DNA of 64,000 bases from Candidatus Latescibacterota bacterium (GTDB lineage: Bacteria; Latescibacterota; UBA2968): assembly GCA_965208125.1 (NCBI GenBank), contig OZ242320.1, positions 3,424,001 through 3,488,000 on the forward strand. The letters run 5' to 3'. Under the pieces are notes generated by a model. It saw only the letters and a list, made by a program, of their open reading frames with translations. It was not told the origin of the DNA and did no database searches. Positions within the stretch are counted from its first letter, which is position 1; the number at the start of each line of letters is the position of its first letter. This document shows, piece by piece, positions 49,888 to 60,405 of this stretch. The position numbers and the translations under genes are program-made.

Positions 49888-51333
49888 TTAAAAGAATCGA
49901 TCTGCATCGCGAGGTGGCGTGGTGGCGAAAGATACGAGGATGAGAATGAGCGCGGAAACAGGGACGATAATGCCGGCGGGGATTAAGCCAGTTCCGCCAA
50001 TGCTGTACGCGCCTTCTGCGTTAAGGGAATCTGCATAAAAAAATAGCCATAGACCAATTACACTCAGGATTGCCGCGGTTGCGCCCTGCTTTGTGCTGCG
50101 CTTCCAGTACAGTGCGCCGACGAATACGGGTACCAATCCCGCAAAACCCGTGAGTGACCAGGCACCGAGTTCAAAAATTGACCGCGTTGTAAATAGCGAC
50201 GCAACAAAGGCCAGGACGAGGAATGCAGCGACAAATAGACGCCCAAACAAGACCTGCTGTTTTTCGGATAGCTGGTTGTCAAAACCGTAAAATCGCACAA
50301 TATCTTCGGTAAACATCGCGCCCAGGGCAAGGGTTTGAGAGTCGAGCGAAGACATAATTGCAGCAAAAACACCTGCCGCAAGGCATCCTGCCAGCACACC
50401 GCCCGTATGTGCCAGAATCAATTCAATCAAAATGGGGCCGTTCAGCGGCGCCGTAAAATCAATGCGACCGACCATTCCCAGGGTGACGCTGGGCACCCAT
50501 ACAGCGGCGATACACAGGGGATAGAATACTATGGGCGTTTGAAATGATCGCGCGGTTCGGGCGGAGAGCCAATGACCGTAAATATGGGGAAATGCCGCAA
50601 CACTGATGGGTAGCATGAGATAGGAGAGTATTTTGAATACGGTATAAGATCCGCTGCCAAAAACCACAAATTCGGGGTGCGTATCGCGCAGCGTTGCCAT
50701 AGCTTCGCCGATCCCGCCGTAGTGATCCATAATGACGAGATAGGCGATGATGCCCACGAGAATAAATACTGTTGTTTGAAAGGTATTTGCCCAGGCCGTA
50801 CTTCGCATTCCGCCATAGGTTACGTACAAAAATGTTACTCCACATACGAGCAAACTACCAGCCCAACTCGGCCACTCACCGCGCGTGATTGCCGCGAGTG
50901 CATCGCCTCCACCTTTGACTCCTATCAAGATGTAGGGTAGCATCAACAACACCACGACGACAAATAAGAGCGTTCCCAATGCTGGCGAGGTATAGCGGTC
51001 CCGGATCATCTGGATTTGGGTGACATAGGAAAATCGTTTGCCCAACCACCAGCTTTTTGTGCCGAGATAATAAAAGAGAAATGGTATCAGAATAGACGAG
51101 CTCGCGCCCATCAAACCGAAAACGACAATCCCCAGACGATAGGCTTCTCCAGATGCTCCCAGCATTGTAAATGCAGTGAGATTGGTGCCCAGCAGTGTCA
51201 TCAACAGGACTACAGGGCCAATGGTTCGGCTTGCGACAAAGTAATCTTCTGCGGTATTGCGAAACAGCCGATGCCCCAGGGTGCCGACCACTATAACCAG
51301 CCCCAGATAAATTGCGACAACCGCAATAATCAT
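49888..51333 (-). CDS. sodium:solute symporter family transporter
   Basis: 'DYFVASR', 'YGGMRSTAWANTFQ', 'AAIMSSLDSQ'; start overlaps the upstream small gene (ATGA). Confidence 0.92.
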   Translation of the reverse strand: MIIAVVAIYLGLVIVVGTLGHRLFRNTAEDYFVASRTIGPVVLLMTLLGTNLTAFTMLGASGEAYRLGIVVFGLMGASSSILIPFLFYYLGTKSWWLGKRFSYVTQIQMIRDRYTSPALGTLLFVVVVLLMLPYILIGVKGGGDALAAITRGEWPSWAGSLLVCGVTFLYVTYGGMRSTAWANTFQTTVFILVGIIAYLVIMDHYGGIGEAMATLRDTHPEFVVFGSGSYTVFKILSYLMLPISVAAFPHIYGHWLSARTARSFQTPIVFYPLCIAAVWVPSVTLGMVGRIDFTAPLNGPILIELILAHTGGVLAGCLAAGVFAAIMSSLDSQTLALGAMFTEDIVRFYGFDNQLSEKQQVLFGRLFVAAFLVLAFVASLFTTRSIFELGAWSLTGFAGLVPVFVGALYWKRSTKQGATAAILSVIGLWLFFYADSLNAEGAYSIGGTGLIPAGIIVPVSALILILVSFATTPPRDADRFF

Positions 51334-51545
51334 TCCCGGTCCTCCGCATCTAAATGATGAGGCCAGGCCAGGCGCACGATTACGAGCATAGAGAGTGTGG
51401 TCAGGACACACAGGCCAATGTGGTAAAGCAAATTGATCGGCAATCCCAGGATTAGTGCGTCGTTGTCCCACATCCAGATATTAAAGAATAAAATCAGCAG
51501 ACTGAGCAAAACACTCAAGGGCCAGATTTTTGTCTGTTGTGACAT
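51330..51545 (-). CDS. small two-TM SSS partner protein (DUF3311-like)
   Basis: 'WMWDND...LGLP...LYH...AWP'; AAGGAG RBS; translationally coupled to the SSS gene. Confidence 0.75.
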   Translation of the reverse strand: MSQQTKIWPLSVLLSLLILFFNIWMWDNDALILGLPINLLYHIGLCVLTTLSMLVIVRLAWPHHLDAEDRE

Positions 51546-51573
51546 GGATTTCTCCTTTTTGTTCTGCTCGAGA

Positions 51574-52545
51574 TTACGGCCTTTGCGCGCCTTTTGCTTC
51601 AAGGTACACTGAGTACAAACACATGCCGCCTGTCATGAAGAGGCGGTTTTTTTTGTGTCCGCCAAAGCAGAGATTGGAACACACTTCGGGCAGGTGAATT
51701 TTGCCAATGAGGTCGCCATTGGGCGCGAAAATTTTGACGCCGTTGTCTTCGGGGTTGCCCCAGCCCGAACTGCTCCACAGGTTGCCGTCAATGTCGCAGC
51801 GAATCCCATCGGCAAATCCGGGTGCCATGTCGGCAAAGATGCGACTGTTTTTGAGGTGGTTATTTTCCACATCAAAAGCGCGAATATGTGCGGGACCTCC
51901 CAATCCATGAGAGGACCCGGTATCGGTGATGTAGAGAATTTTTTCGTCGGGTGAGAAACACAGTCCGTTGGGGCGCACAAAATCGTCGGTAACAACTGTG
52001 GCATTTCCAGTATTGGGATCGAGGCGATAGACGTTGGTGGGCAGTTCGCTTTCGGCAATGTTGCCTTCGTAGTCGAGCATGATGCCGTACCCCGGATCGG
52101 TGAACCATATACTGCCATCGGAATGCGCGGTGACGTCATTGGGTGCATTGAGAGGTTTGCCCTCAAAGCTGTCGATGAGTACGGTGATGGTTCCGTCGTA
52201 TTCGGTGCGCGTGACGCGCCGCGTGCCGTGTTCACAGGTGATCAGACGACCTTCCCGGTCGCGGGTGTGACCATTGCAATAATTGGAAGGTTGACGATAG
52301 ACGCTGAGGCTGCCATCACTTTCGTTCCAGCGCATGATGCGATTGTTGGGGATGTCGCTGAAGAGCACACAACGCGCGTCTCCAAACCACACCGGGCCTT
52401 CACCCCAGCGCAAGCCAGTACAGAGGCGCTCGACTGCGGCGTTGCCTATGGCGTATTTTTCAAAGCGCGTGTCCAGAATTTCGATGGCGGGGTCGGGATA
52501 AGGGACAGGGCTGCCGTCCCAGGAACGGGTTTTCCAATCGGACAT
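51574..52545 (-). CDS. SMP-30/gluconolactonase family protein
   Basis: 'WGEGPVW', 'FSDIP', 'APND', 'FTDP', 'RPNGL', 'ADG', 'SNLCFGG'. Confidence 0.95.
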   Translation of the reverse strand: MSDWKTRSWDGSPVPYPDPAIEILDTRFEKYAIGNAAVERLCTGLRWGEGPVWFGDARCVLFSDIPNNRIMRWNESDGSLSVYRQPSNYCNGHTRDREGRLITCEHGTRRVTRTEYDGTITVLIDSFEGKPLNAPNDVTAHSDGSIWFTDPGYGIMLDYEGNIAESELPTNVYRLDPNTGNATVVTDDFVRPNGLCFSPDEKILYITDTGSSHGLGGPAHIRAFDVENNHLKNSRIFADMAPGFADGIRCDIDGNLWSSSGWGNPEDNGVKIFAPNGDLIGKIHLPEVCSNLCFGGHKKNRLFMTGGMCLYSVYLEAKGAQRP

Positions 52546-52654
52546 TTTTTCTCCTTAGAAGCGGTTTGATGTCTGCGCTTACGATGGGCTTCAACGAGTA
52601 CCGTACTTTGAAGAGCTGCAGGTATAAGAGAGGATGGGAGGAGGGGATTTAATC

Positions 52655-52805
52655 CAACGAAAATTCTATTGGCATAAACATCCAGACTTTGCGGCGTTCT
52701 CCCTGGTGTTTGCCGGGGCGGAATTATTGTCGCTTCAGCGAAAATTCTATCGGCATAAACATCCAGACTTTGCGGCGTTCTCCCTGGTGTTTGCCGGGGC
52801 GGAAT
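52655..52805 (-). repeat. tandem duplication (70 bp, period 81) of the tonB 3' end
   Basis: 52655-52724 vs 52736-52805, two mismatches. Confidence 0.95.
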
Positions 52806-53476
52806 CGATATTGCCGCGCCGCCTCTAATGCCGCTTTTTTGAAAATTTCCGGGCCGTGTACAAACTGGACGTCTTCTACGTTGCCTATCTTGTCAACCAG
52901 TACTTTGACCATGGCTTTGCCTTCGAGGCCCTTTTTTCGCGCTTCAACGGGATATTCCGGTACGACAATTCGACTTGGGTGTGGTTTGTAGTCAATCTCA
53001 GTATAGTCGAGCGGTTCGTCTAAGTCAGGTCCCTTTGTGCTTGCTAAATTGGGGATAAATATTTTGTCGAGGTCCAATTCCGTTGATTCAATTGTCACAT
53101 CCTCGGGTACCTCGTCGCCTTCAACGGCCAATGGTACCTGCGGGCGTGGGGGCGGTGGCGGGCGTTTTTGTTGACTGGTTTCGGGAATATTTACTGTTTG
53201 AACCTTGATGGCCGATTTCGTCAGGTGTACGGTGGGATGGTATTCGGGGTAGAGCAAAGTAGCGGCGATGAAGAGTATGAGATTCAACAGGCTCGCGCGC
53301 ATCATGTTCGGCCAGTAGGGCAACTTCAAGTCAGCAGAAGGGTTTTTTGAGCGCGTTTCTATCTGAACATCGCAGGGCTGGGCAGATAGTCTTTTTTGAA
53401 ATTCGCGCTGAGCCTGGCGCGCCTGATAAATTTGACCACTTAGTGTATTTCCAAATCTAATCTGGACGAGGTTCAT
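52724..53476 (-). CDS. tonB: energy transducer TonB
   Basis: TM anchor, proline run 'RPPPPPRP', TonB_C 'PEYPVEARKKGLEG...FRPG...PIEF'; start position uncertain. Confidence 0.88.
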   Translation of the reverse strand: MNLVQIRFGNTLSGQIYQARQAQREFQKRLSAQPCDVQIETRSKNPSADLKLPYWPNMMRASLLNLILFIAATLLYPEYHPTVHLTKSAIKVQTVNIPETSQQKRPPPPPRPQVPLAVEGDEVPEDVTIESTELDLDKIFIPNLASTKGPDLDEPLDYTEIDYKPHPSRIVVPEYPVEARKKGLEGKAMVKVLVDKIGNVEDVQFVHGPEIFKKAALEAARQYRFRPGKHQGERRKVWMFMPIEFSLKRQ

Positions 53477-53703
53477 GCGTTTCCCGTTTAATAAACAATT
53501 TTGATCAGTCAGGTATTCTTTAAATTTTCAACGAAGAATAAAGTTCCATTTCTACGGATCAGAAGGGCAGTAGAAAACAACAATTTATATGAGTCTGAGG
53601 CGTTTGTCCAGACGAATCCGTATCAAACCAGTTGTGTTTTGGGGCGATGAATTGTAATATAAAGGCGATATTTAGGTTATGACAAAACTTATTGGAGGAA
53701 GAG

Positions 53704-54705
53704 ATGAATCGTCAGATTACGCTGGCCGCACGTCCTGAAGGATTTCCCGTACCGGAGGATTTTAAGCTCGTTGAAATGCCTATTCCAGAGCCGGGCGAAG
53801 GCGAAGTGTTGTCGAGAACGCTGTTTATGTCTGTTGATCCGTATATGCGCGGGCGGATGAATGATCGGGCATCGTATGCGGCAAATGTGCAAATTGGCGA
53901 TGTGATGGTGGGAGGTACGGTGGGTGAGGTGATCGCGTCGAATGATCCGAATTTTGGGGTTGGCGATATTGTCCAGGCGCAAATTGGGTGGCAGGCTTAT
54001 GGTGTGTCTAAGGGATCGAATTTGCGCAAGGTCAATCCAGATATTGCACCTGTGTCAACGGCTTTGGGGGTGTTGGGAATGCCTGGGCTTACGGCGTATT
54101 TTGGATTGTTGGAAGTTGGGCAACCCAAAGAAGGCGAGACCGTGCTGGTGACGGGTGCTGCTGGTGCTGTGGGATCAATTGTGGGACAAATTGCCAAAAT
54201 CGTGGGCTGCCGCGTTGTGGGTGTGGCGGGATCGGATGAAAAGATCGCCCATGTGGTTGATGAGTTGGGTTTTGACGCCGCTTTCAATTACAAGGAGGTC
54301 GATGATTACAGCGCCGAATTGCAACGCCAGTGTCCCGATGGCATTGATGTATTCTTCGACAATGTAGGGGGCGCAGTTTCCGATGCGGCCTTTCCCCTGA
54401 TGAATGTGCGTGGTCGCATTTCTGTTTGCGGGCAAATATCGCAGTACAATTTGACCGCTCCGGAACAGGGTCCGCGGATGATGTGGTACTTTATCTCTCA
54501 GAGATTGACGATGCGCGGCTTTCTGGTTTTTGACTTTGAAGACCAGCATGCCGAAGCACTCAATCAGATGGCTATTTGGGTCAATGAAGGACGGATTAAA
54601 TATCGGGAAGATATCTGGGAGGGGTTGGAGAATGCTCCCGAGGCATTTATCGATATGATGCGGGGTGGTAATGTTGGGAAGCGCGTAGTAAAGGTGGCGG
54701 ACTGA
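53704..54705 (+). CDS. NADP-dependent alkenal/double-bond reductase (PTGR/CurA family)
   Basis: 'LAARPEG', 'SVDPYMRG', 'LGMPGLTAYFGL', 'AAGAVG', 'CGQISQYN'. Confidence 0.95.
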   Translation: MNRQITLAARPEGFPVPEDFKLVEMPIPEPGEGEVLSRTLFMSVDPYMRGRMNDRASYAANVQIGDVMVGGTVGEVIASNDPNFGVGDIVQAQIGWQAYGVSKGSNLRKVNPDIAPVSTALGVLGMPGLTAYFGLLEVGQPKEGETVLVTGAAGAVGSIVGQIAKIVGCRVVGVAGSDEKIAHVVDELGFDAAFNYKEVDDYSAELQRQCPDGIDVFFDNVGGAVSDAAFPLMNVRGRISVCGQISQYNLTAPEQGPRMMWYFISQRLTMRGFLVFDFEDQHAEALNQMAIWVNEGRIKYREDIWEGLENAPEAFIDMMRGGNVGKRVVKVAD

Positions 54706-54707
54706 GT

Positions 54708-55466
54708 ATGATAGATTATCAGATCGAACATTTTCATCGCAATGGATTCTTTTTTGTTTCAAATCCGTTGGGCGATGATGCTATGTTCGAGATTGACCAA
54801 CGCCAGCGAGCGGTTGAACCGGAGTGGTTAAAGGCCGAGTGGGCAGCGGGTTTTAACCGGGGGGCCTGTCAGTTTTTTATGGTTGGCGAGCCGTTGTTGC
54901 AGGCGGTGGAGCGGCCGGAATTTGTGGATATGGCGCGGCGCATTTTGGGGTGTGAAGATGTGCATGTGGGCGCGTGCGGGTTGGGCGATGCGTCGAAGAT
55001 TGTGTCGGCAGATGGGCGTTTGCTGCAGCAAGTCCACTGGCACGCGGATGGGGGACCAGATGTACAGCAGGTGTCAATGCGTACAGCATTGGATAGACAC
55101 GACCCATCCAATGCGCCGTTGCGCGTATTGCCCGGCACCCATGTCAGATCCCGCGAGGAGGTCGAAGAAGAATTGCGACAAATCGAAATTGCCACGGGAC
55201 AGCACGATGAGATGCCCGAGTTGTTATTTGCCCCACACCCCCGCGAGGTGGAAGTGATTCTGGATCCGAGATGGACGCTGGTGTGGACGCCGAGTTGCTG
55301 GCATGCGACGGGTGTGAAGACGGCTGCGGGTCCAAGGCGTGCGATGGCGTGGAATTATTTCCCGAGCGGTGGTCGTAAGCGAGATGTGGAGGCGCTGAAG
55401 TACGTGATTGAAGGTTGGGAGGATTGGTCCGATGACCGAAAGCGGTTATGGGGGCTTGTGGCGTGA
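54708..55466 (+). CDS. PhyH-family dioxygenase
   Basis: 'HWHADG', 'LRVLPGTH', 'WHA...RR'. Confidence 0.85.
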   Translation: MIDYQIEHFHRNGFFFVSNPLGDDAMFEIDQRQRAVEPEWLKAEWAAGFNRGACQFFMVGEPLLQAVERPEFVDMARRILGCEDVHVGACGLGDASKIVSADGRLLQQVHWHADGGPDVQQVSMRTALDRHDPSNAPLRVLPGTHVRSREEVEEELRQIEIATGQHDEMPELLFAPHPREVEVILDPRWTLVWTPSCWHATGVKTAAGPRRAMAWNYFPSGGRKRDVEALKYVIEGWEDWSDDRKRLWGLVA

Positions 55467-55496
55467 AGGCGGATCAGGATAAGAGGGGGCTATCTG

Positions 55497-55525
55497 AGAG
55501 CGGCGCACAGGTTTGGTGCCGCTCT
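55497..55525. terminator. hairpin terminator between convergent genes
   Basis: AGAGCGGCGC...GTGCCGCTCT followed by a T-rich run. Confidence 0.6.
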
Positions 55526-56661
55526 TATTTTTTTGATATCATTACCAATGCGCCGATGGCATATATTCCACCGCCAATGAGAAAAATCCAGTCCGATGAC
55601 AAATGTACTTGCTGTGTCATCCATCCGAGCATAGGGCCTGTTGCCGAGCCGAGGTCAGATGCTGTTACGTATCCGGCAACTGAACGCGAACCGCGCATTC
55701 CCGCCTCGGCGTGCATTATTACCGTTGCGCCAACACCACACAAAAAAAATACCACCACGCACAAGATCAACAATCCCATATTGGATGTGATTGACGCAGA
55801 GAACAGAGCCAACATCCCTATGCCAAAATAAATAATTGCACTCCGCCGCCGTCCCAACCGATCACTGATGTGGCCCAGAAAAGGGGCACCGATCGCGTCG
55901 GCAATCCACCGTGAAGATAGCAACAGGCCGTTTAATGTGGCTACGCCAATGACCATACCCAACAGGTTCAGCGATGTGCCCACGGTTTCGACGAGGACTA
56001 CTCCCAGGGTGGACATTAAAATGCCCGGCCCAACGCACCCGATCACAAAACCGCAAATCATTAATTTGGGTACCCAGCCCGAGTCTTCAACACTTTCTTT
56101 TTTTTGACTTTCATGTAAAACGGCGCGTCGAGCCAACCAGCCCAGGGGTGTTCCCAGCAACGAGATGATGGCGAATAAAAAGAGTGTGAGTGTAAATCCA
56201 ATGATGTCGTGAGCCAGCCCGCCCAAAGAATTGCCCGCCAACGACCCAAGGCGCGATACGCCGTTGTAAAATCCCATCCTGTGACCGATCATTGATGGCG
56301 GCGTGGTATCTACTACAGTCATCAAACCAATCTGGCGTATAAATGACCAGGATAATCCCCAGAGCATGCGCGCGATAAGCAAGATGGGAAAAGAGGTGAA
56401 AACCCCGTAAACGGCGGTCAATACGGCTCCGAGAATCAAGGAACCTGTCATCAAAGCCGTCAGATTATAGCGCTGGCACAATTTTTCAGCCAGGGTGTTT
56501 GTTATCAGGCGCACCCAGCGATTTACAGAGAGAATGATGCCGACCTGATAAGGCATCAGTCCAATTTCGGCATAATGCGTTGGCAACACGGAGTACAACA
56601 TCTGGTCGCCCAGCAATGAAAATGCCGTAGCCAATGCAATGAATACTACAGACGACTGCAT
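55525..56661 (-). CDS. MFS transporter
   Basis: ~12 TM segments; 'GHISDRLGRR' motif A. Confidence 0.9.
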   Translation of the reverse strand: MQSSVVFIALATAFSLLGDQMLYSVLPTHYAEIGLMPYQVGIILSVNRWVRLITNTLAEKLCQRYNLTALMTGSLILGAVLTAVYGVFTSFPILLIARMLWGLSWSFIRQIGLMTVVDTTPPSMIGHRMGFYNGVSRLGSLAGNSLGGLAHDIIGFTLTLFLFAIISLLGTPLGWLARRAVLHESQKKESVEDSGWVPKLMICGFVIGCVGPGILMSTLGVVLVETVGTSLNLLGMVIGVATLNGLLLSSRWIADAIGAPFLGHISDRLGRRRSAIIYFGIGMLALFSASITSNMGLLILCVVVFFLCGVGATVIMHAEAGMRGSRSVAGYVTASDLGSATGPMLGWMTQQVHLSSDWIFLIGGGIYAIGALVMISKK

Positions 56662-57386
56662 TACGGATGATGTTCGACATTTTCTCCGCGATGCTCGCCG
56701 TCGATAAATGCCTGAGTAAATGCCGTTACCTGTGTAATTGCATCTTCCACGAGTGCTGCGCCGGCTTCTGCGGTGGCTTCCAGCGGTTCTTTATCTATTT
56801 GGTCCTGCATTGCATCGTGGCGCACGTTTTCGGGCCACAGTGCCAGCGCAAATGCCGTTTCAAATTCCTGCGCGTGTCCCGGATAGCGTTTTGTTTTTAA
56901 ATTCTGCTCGGCAACATCTTTTGACATGAGATCCCAGTAAGAAGTCCATTGTAGATTTACGTCGGGACGGTCGATCTTAAAAAACAACCGCCATTGACCA
57001 AATATGCCCCGCAGGGGAGCTACATTGCCGCCGTGACCATTTAGCACAATGACATTTTTTACGCCATGACGCACCAGGCTTTCGACTGCGTCGAATAACA
57101 CGGCCAACCACGACCCGGGTTTGGCTGTCACGGTTCCTTTGTGTACCATATGGTGTTCGGAGATGCCCACGGCCATCGGTACATTGACAATTACCTGGGG
57201 ATACAATCGTTTGGCGGCCTCCACCGCGACATGGGCTGACGAAGCGGTATCGTGCTCCATTGCCAGGTGCTCTAAATGCTGCTCGTTGCTTCCCACCGGA
57301 ATAATCGCCGTTTGAAATTCTCCGCGCGCCAGTGCTTCCCGAAACTCGCGTCGCGTCAATTTCGCCAGCAGTACTTGCTCGCTCAT
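56661..57386 (-). CDS. creatininase/creatinine amidohydrolase family protein
   Basis: 'GSNEQH..HL...DT', 'NGHGGN', 'GHAQEFET'. Confidence 0.92.
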   Translation of the reverse strand: MSEQVLLAKLTRREFREALARGEFQTAIIPVGSNEQHLEHLAMEHDTASSAHVAVEAAKRLYPQVIVNVPMAVGISEHHMVHKGTVTAKPGSWLAVLFDAVESLVRHGVKNVIVLNGHGGNVAPLRGIFGQWRLFFKIDRPDVNLQWTSYWDLMSKDVAEQNLKTKRYPGHAQEFETAFALALWPENVRHDAMQDQIDKEPLEATAEAGAALVEDAITQVTAFTQAFIDGEHRGENVEHHP

Positions 57387-57406
57387 TGCGTTTCTCCTTA
57401 TGTTAA

Positions 57407-58144
57407 TTAATCTTGTGAATAATACTCCGCGGTCTGGTTAGATGATGCCTCTGTGCCATTACGTCTCTGAATTAATCCCCTCATCGCCCTGTACATGAAA
57501 TAAATCGAAATAGTAGCCCAAACAAATGCAATTGGATATGCCAATATCTCTATGCCGAAATACCGCGCCAATATTCCCGCATCGGTCCGTTCTGTCTGCA
57601 TCCACAAATCTGTGCGAAAATCGTACAAACTGTACAAACACAAGACAATACCGATCCACGTTGCCAACAGATGGGATAAGCGACCAAATCGAATCGTTAC
57701 GACAATCAGTACGAGACCGCAGGTCGCGCCAAACCAGAAATCGAGTGTCCCAAATGGTGTGTACAGTGCAGCCATTCCAATTTGCATAACACCGATCAAT
57801 CCGAGCAATATTCTTTGCGTGCCCAGCCAGCGGCCCGTATAAATCAGCAATGCACCGAGAATGGCCGATCCCACATAACCCGCTGAACTGATGAGTGGAA
57901 ATATTCCCCCTCGGCTGATCACATGCCCCGATTCATTCCACCGTACGCGCAGTTCCTCTACTTCACCACCTGTTGCAATCGCCATACTCGCATGGCCCAT
58001 TTCGTGTATCCATACCACAAATACGCGAAACGGTTTTATGACCGGCGTGTCCCACAATGCCAGGGCGATAACCGCCAATAGCAGATGCAGCCAGAATGTT
58101 CTTATTATGATCATTCCCAATACAAACCTATCGTCCGGATTCAA
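57407..58144 (-). CDS. M50B-like membrane metallopeptidase
   Basis: HExxH 'HEMGH', 'AGY', 'TDA'; multiple TM segments. Confidence 0.85.
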   Translation of the reverse strand: MNPDDRFVLGMIIIRTFWLHLLLAVIALALWDTPVIKPFRVFVVWIHEMGHASMAIATGGEVEELRVRWNESGHVISRGGIFPLISSAGYVGSAILGALLIYTGRWLGTQRILLGLIGVMQIGMAALYTPFGTLDFWFGATCGLVLIVVTIRFGRLSHLLATWIGIVLCLYSLYDFRTDLWMQTERTDAGILARYFGIEILAYPIAFVWATISIYFMYRAMRGLIQRRNGTEASSNQTAEYYSQD

Positions 58145-59102
58145 GATTCACGGAAACGGCGTCCAATTTATCTCGCAATGCGGCATCCAGAATCCATCCC
58201 ACGCCCCCGATATTGTCCTCTAAATGCGCGATGGTGTCGCCACCTGTAATTGCCACGGTCACTTCGGGATGCGACAGGACCCAGGATAGGGCGACTTGTC
58301 CCGGTGTTTTGTCCAGTTCATCTGCGATATCAAATAGGGTTGTTAGCACTTTTCCCTCTGCGCCCGCCATCATGGTTTCGTATTGGTCCATTCGGCGTTT
58401 TGCCCATAGTGAACCTTCTGGAGGTGGTGCGTCGGGTTTGTAAAATCCGCTCAATAGTCCCACGGCTAATGGACTGTAAACCATTACTCCCAGCCCCTCG
58501 CTTCGCACAAAGGGGAAAATTTCTCGCTCCAATGCGCGGTGTAGCAGATTGTATGGATTTTGCATGCACATATAAGGCGCCAGATTCAATGTGTGTTGAA
58601 TCCAGAGGGCTTTGCACGCTTGCCATGCCGAATGGTTGCAACACCCGATATAGCGCACTTTGCCCTGATGTACCAGGTCGTCCAGTGCGCGTGCGGTTTC
58701 TTCAATGGATGTCGATTCATCGAAGTTATGTACGAGATACACGTCGATATGATCGGTGTCCAATCGGTTCAGTGAGCGCTCTACTTCCCGCATGATGTGA
58801 TAGCGGGATAGACCCTGATCATTAGGTCCCGTGCCGATGCGGCTAAATACTTTCGAGGTGATTACCACATCATCGCGCTTGCCCTTTAGAGCTTTGCCCA
58901 ACACGACTTCCGAACGCCCGATATGCGTACGATCATCACCGGGCCCATAGGTATTGGCGCAGTCGATTAAGTTTATGCCCAGATCTATCGCCCGCTCAAT
59001 AACCCTTTGTCCTTCTGCTTCGTCTGCCTGTCCGCGGAATCCCAGGCCCAGTGCCACCCGGCTTACTTTTACACCCGCTGAACCAAAATTGACATATTCC
59101 AT
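58128..59102 (-). CDS. aldo/keto reductase
   Basis: 'IDCANTYG', 'TSK', 'DVYLVH', 'YSPLAVGLL'. Confidence 0.95.
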   Translation of the reverse strand: MEYVNFGSAGVKVSRVALGLGFRGQADEAEGQRVIERAIDLGINLIDCANTYGPGDDRTHIGRSEVVLGKALKGKRDDVVITSKVFSRIGTGPNDQGLSRYHIMREVERSLNRLDTDHIDVYLVHNFDESTSIEETARALDDLVHQGKVRYIGCCNHSAWQACKALWIQHTLNLAPYMCMQNPYNLLHRALEREIFPFVRSEGLGVMVYSPLAVGLLSGFYKPDAPPPEGSLWAKRRMDQYETMMAGAEGKVLTTLFDIADELDKTPGQVALSWVLSHPEVTVAITGGDTIAHLEDNIGGVGWILDAALRDKLDAVSVNLESGR

Positions 59103-59123
59103 AAATCTACTCCCGTTAATTGT

Positions 59124-60404
59124 TCATATTTTCGCCAATAAGATTGGGGCGAGTTTATCTCTTGTTTTGTGTGCCCAGGCTTGCAGGTGAGTTTTCAAAT
59201 TTGCGACGGTTTCAGAGCTTGCCATTTCTTGCCAGCGATTTTGACGTTCACCCGGGTCGCTGGGCAAGTGATACAGTTCGGGTTTTCGCACGGTTGACAA
59301 AATTAGTTTCCAATCGCCTGAAACCACACACCGCTCTTCTCCTTTATCGAGTTCGGGCTGATTGGGGCCTTCGCCTTTTTTATCGATAAATGGCGTATTT
59401 ACTATGACAAGTGCCTCGCGTCCTGTTTTGCCACTCTGTCGGATTGAATCGCTGAGGTCTATACCATCGAGGCCCTCGGAGACTACATATCCCAGAAGGC
59501 CGAGGATCGTCGGTATCAAATCGACCGAACTGATGAGGGATTCGTCGATTTTACCACTGGAAATCGCTGAAGGAAATCGCATGAGCAGGGGGATGCGCGC
59601 GACAATGTCATAACAGAGGCGTTTGCTGTGGTCATTCCACCGGTGGTCAAAGAGGTGACCGTGTTCGGAGGTAAAGACGACGAGGGTATTTTCTGCTATT
59701 CCTTTGTCATCGAGTGTTTTCAACAGGTCGCCAACTGCATCGTCAATCGCTGTACACATCGCGTAGTATTTGCGCCGTTTTTCGTCCTCGGGGTAGAGTT
59801 TTTGATAAAGTGCTTCGTATTTTTTGGGGACAGAATAAGGCGGATGGGGAGGATAATAGGATACATAAGCACAGAATGGACGCGCGTCATCTTTGCGAAT
59901 AAAATCAATGGCGTCTTGTGCCAGCACATCCGTTTGATACACTTTTTTGTCGTCGATTGTGTAATAATGCCCTTGCCCACGGCCATCGCGGGGATATGTG
60001 GGCATTGTCTCCCAGGCGTCTCTCGATGGATCTCCCAGATGCCATTTGCCAAAGTAGGCACACCGATATCCCACAGCTTTGAGGAAATCGGGAAAAAGCG
60101 GTATTTCTGGATCTATATCCCATGTGTTTTCGAGCACGCCGTGATTGTGCGGATAAAGGCCCGAGAAAATTGTGCCGCGATTTGGCGCGCAGACGGGTTG
60201 TGCGGCATAAGCTCGGTCAAATCGCATTCCGTCTGATGCCAACCGATCCAGATTGGGTGTTATAATGCCTTTTTTTCCGTAACATCCCACGCCATCCTGG
60301 CGCTGTTGGTCCGTTAAGATGAATAGCAAATTGGGTTTTGGCTCTGCGGTAGCCGTGCTGCCAACTGCTCCTGAGAAATTTCTGCGCGATACATTTTGTG
60401 CCAT
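59124..60404 (-). CDS. sulfatase, with vestigial Tat-like SRRNF N-terminus
   Basis: 'PNLLFILTDQQR', 'CAPNR', 'GKWHLG', 'PPHPP'. Confidence 0.93.
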   Translation of the reverse strand: MAQNVSRRNFSGAVGSTATAEPKPNLLFILTDQQRQDGVGCYGKKGIITPNLDRLASDGMRFDRAYAAQPVCAPNRGTIFSGLYPHNHGVLENTWDIDPEIPLFPDFLKAVGYRCAYFGKWHLGDPSRDAWETMPTYPRDGRGQGHYYTIDDKKVYQTDVLAQDAIDFIRKDDARPFCAYVSYYPPHPPYSVPKKYEALYQKLYPEDEKRRKYYAMCTAIDDAVGDLLKTLDDKGIAENTLVVFTSEHGHLFDHRWNDHSKRLCYDIVARIPLLMRFPSAISSGKIDESLISSVDLIPTILGLLGYVVSEGLDGIDLSDSIRQSGKTGREALVIVNTPFIDKKGEGPNQPELDKGEERCVVSGDWKLILSTVRKPELYHLPSDPGERQNRWQEMASSETVANLKTHLQAWAHKTRDKLAPILLAKI

Positions 60405-60405
60405 A

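Noticed and set aside
52655-52805. Diversity-generating retroelement TR/VR pair at the tonB 3' end
   Set aside because: Only two mismatches, both synonymous and not adenine-specific on one strand; no reverse transcriptase in the window
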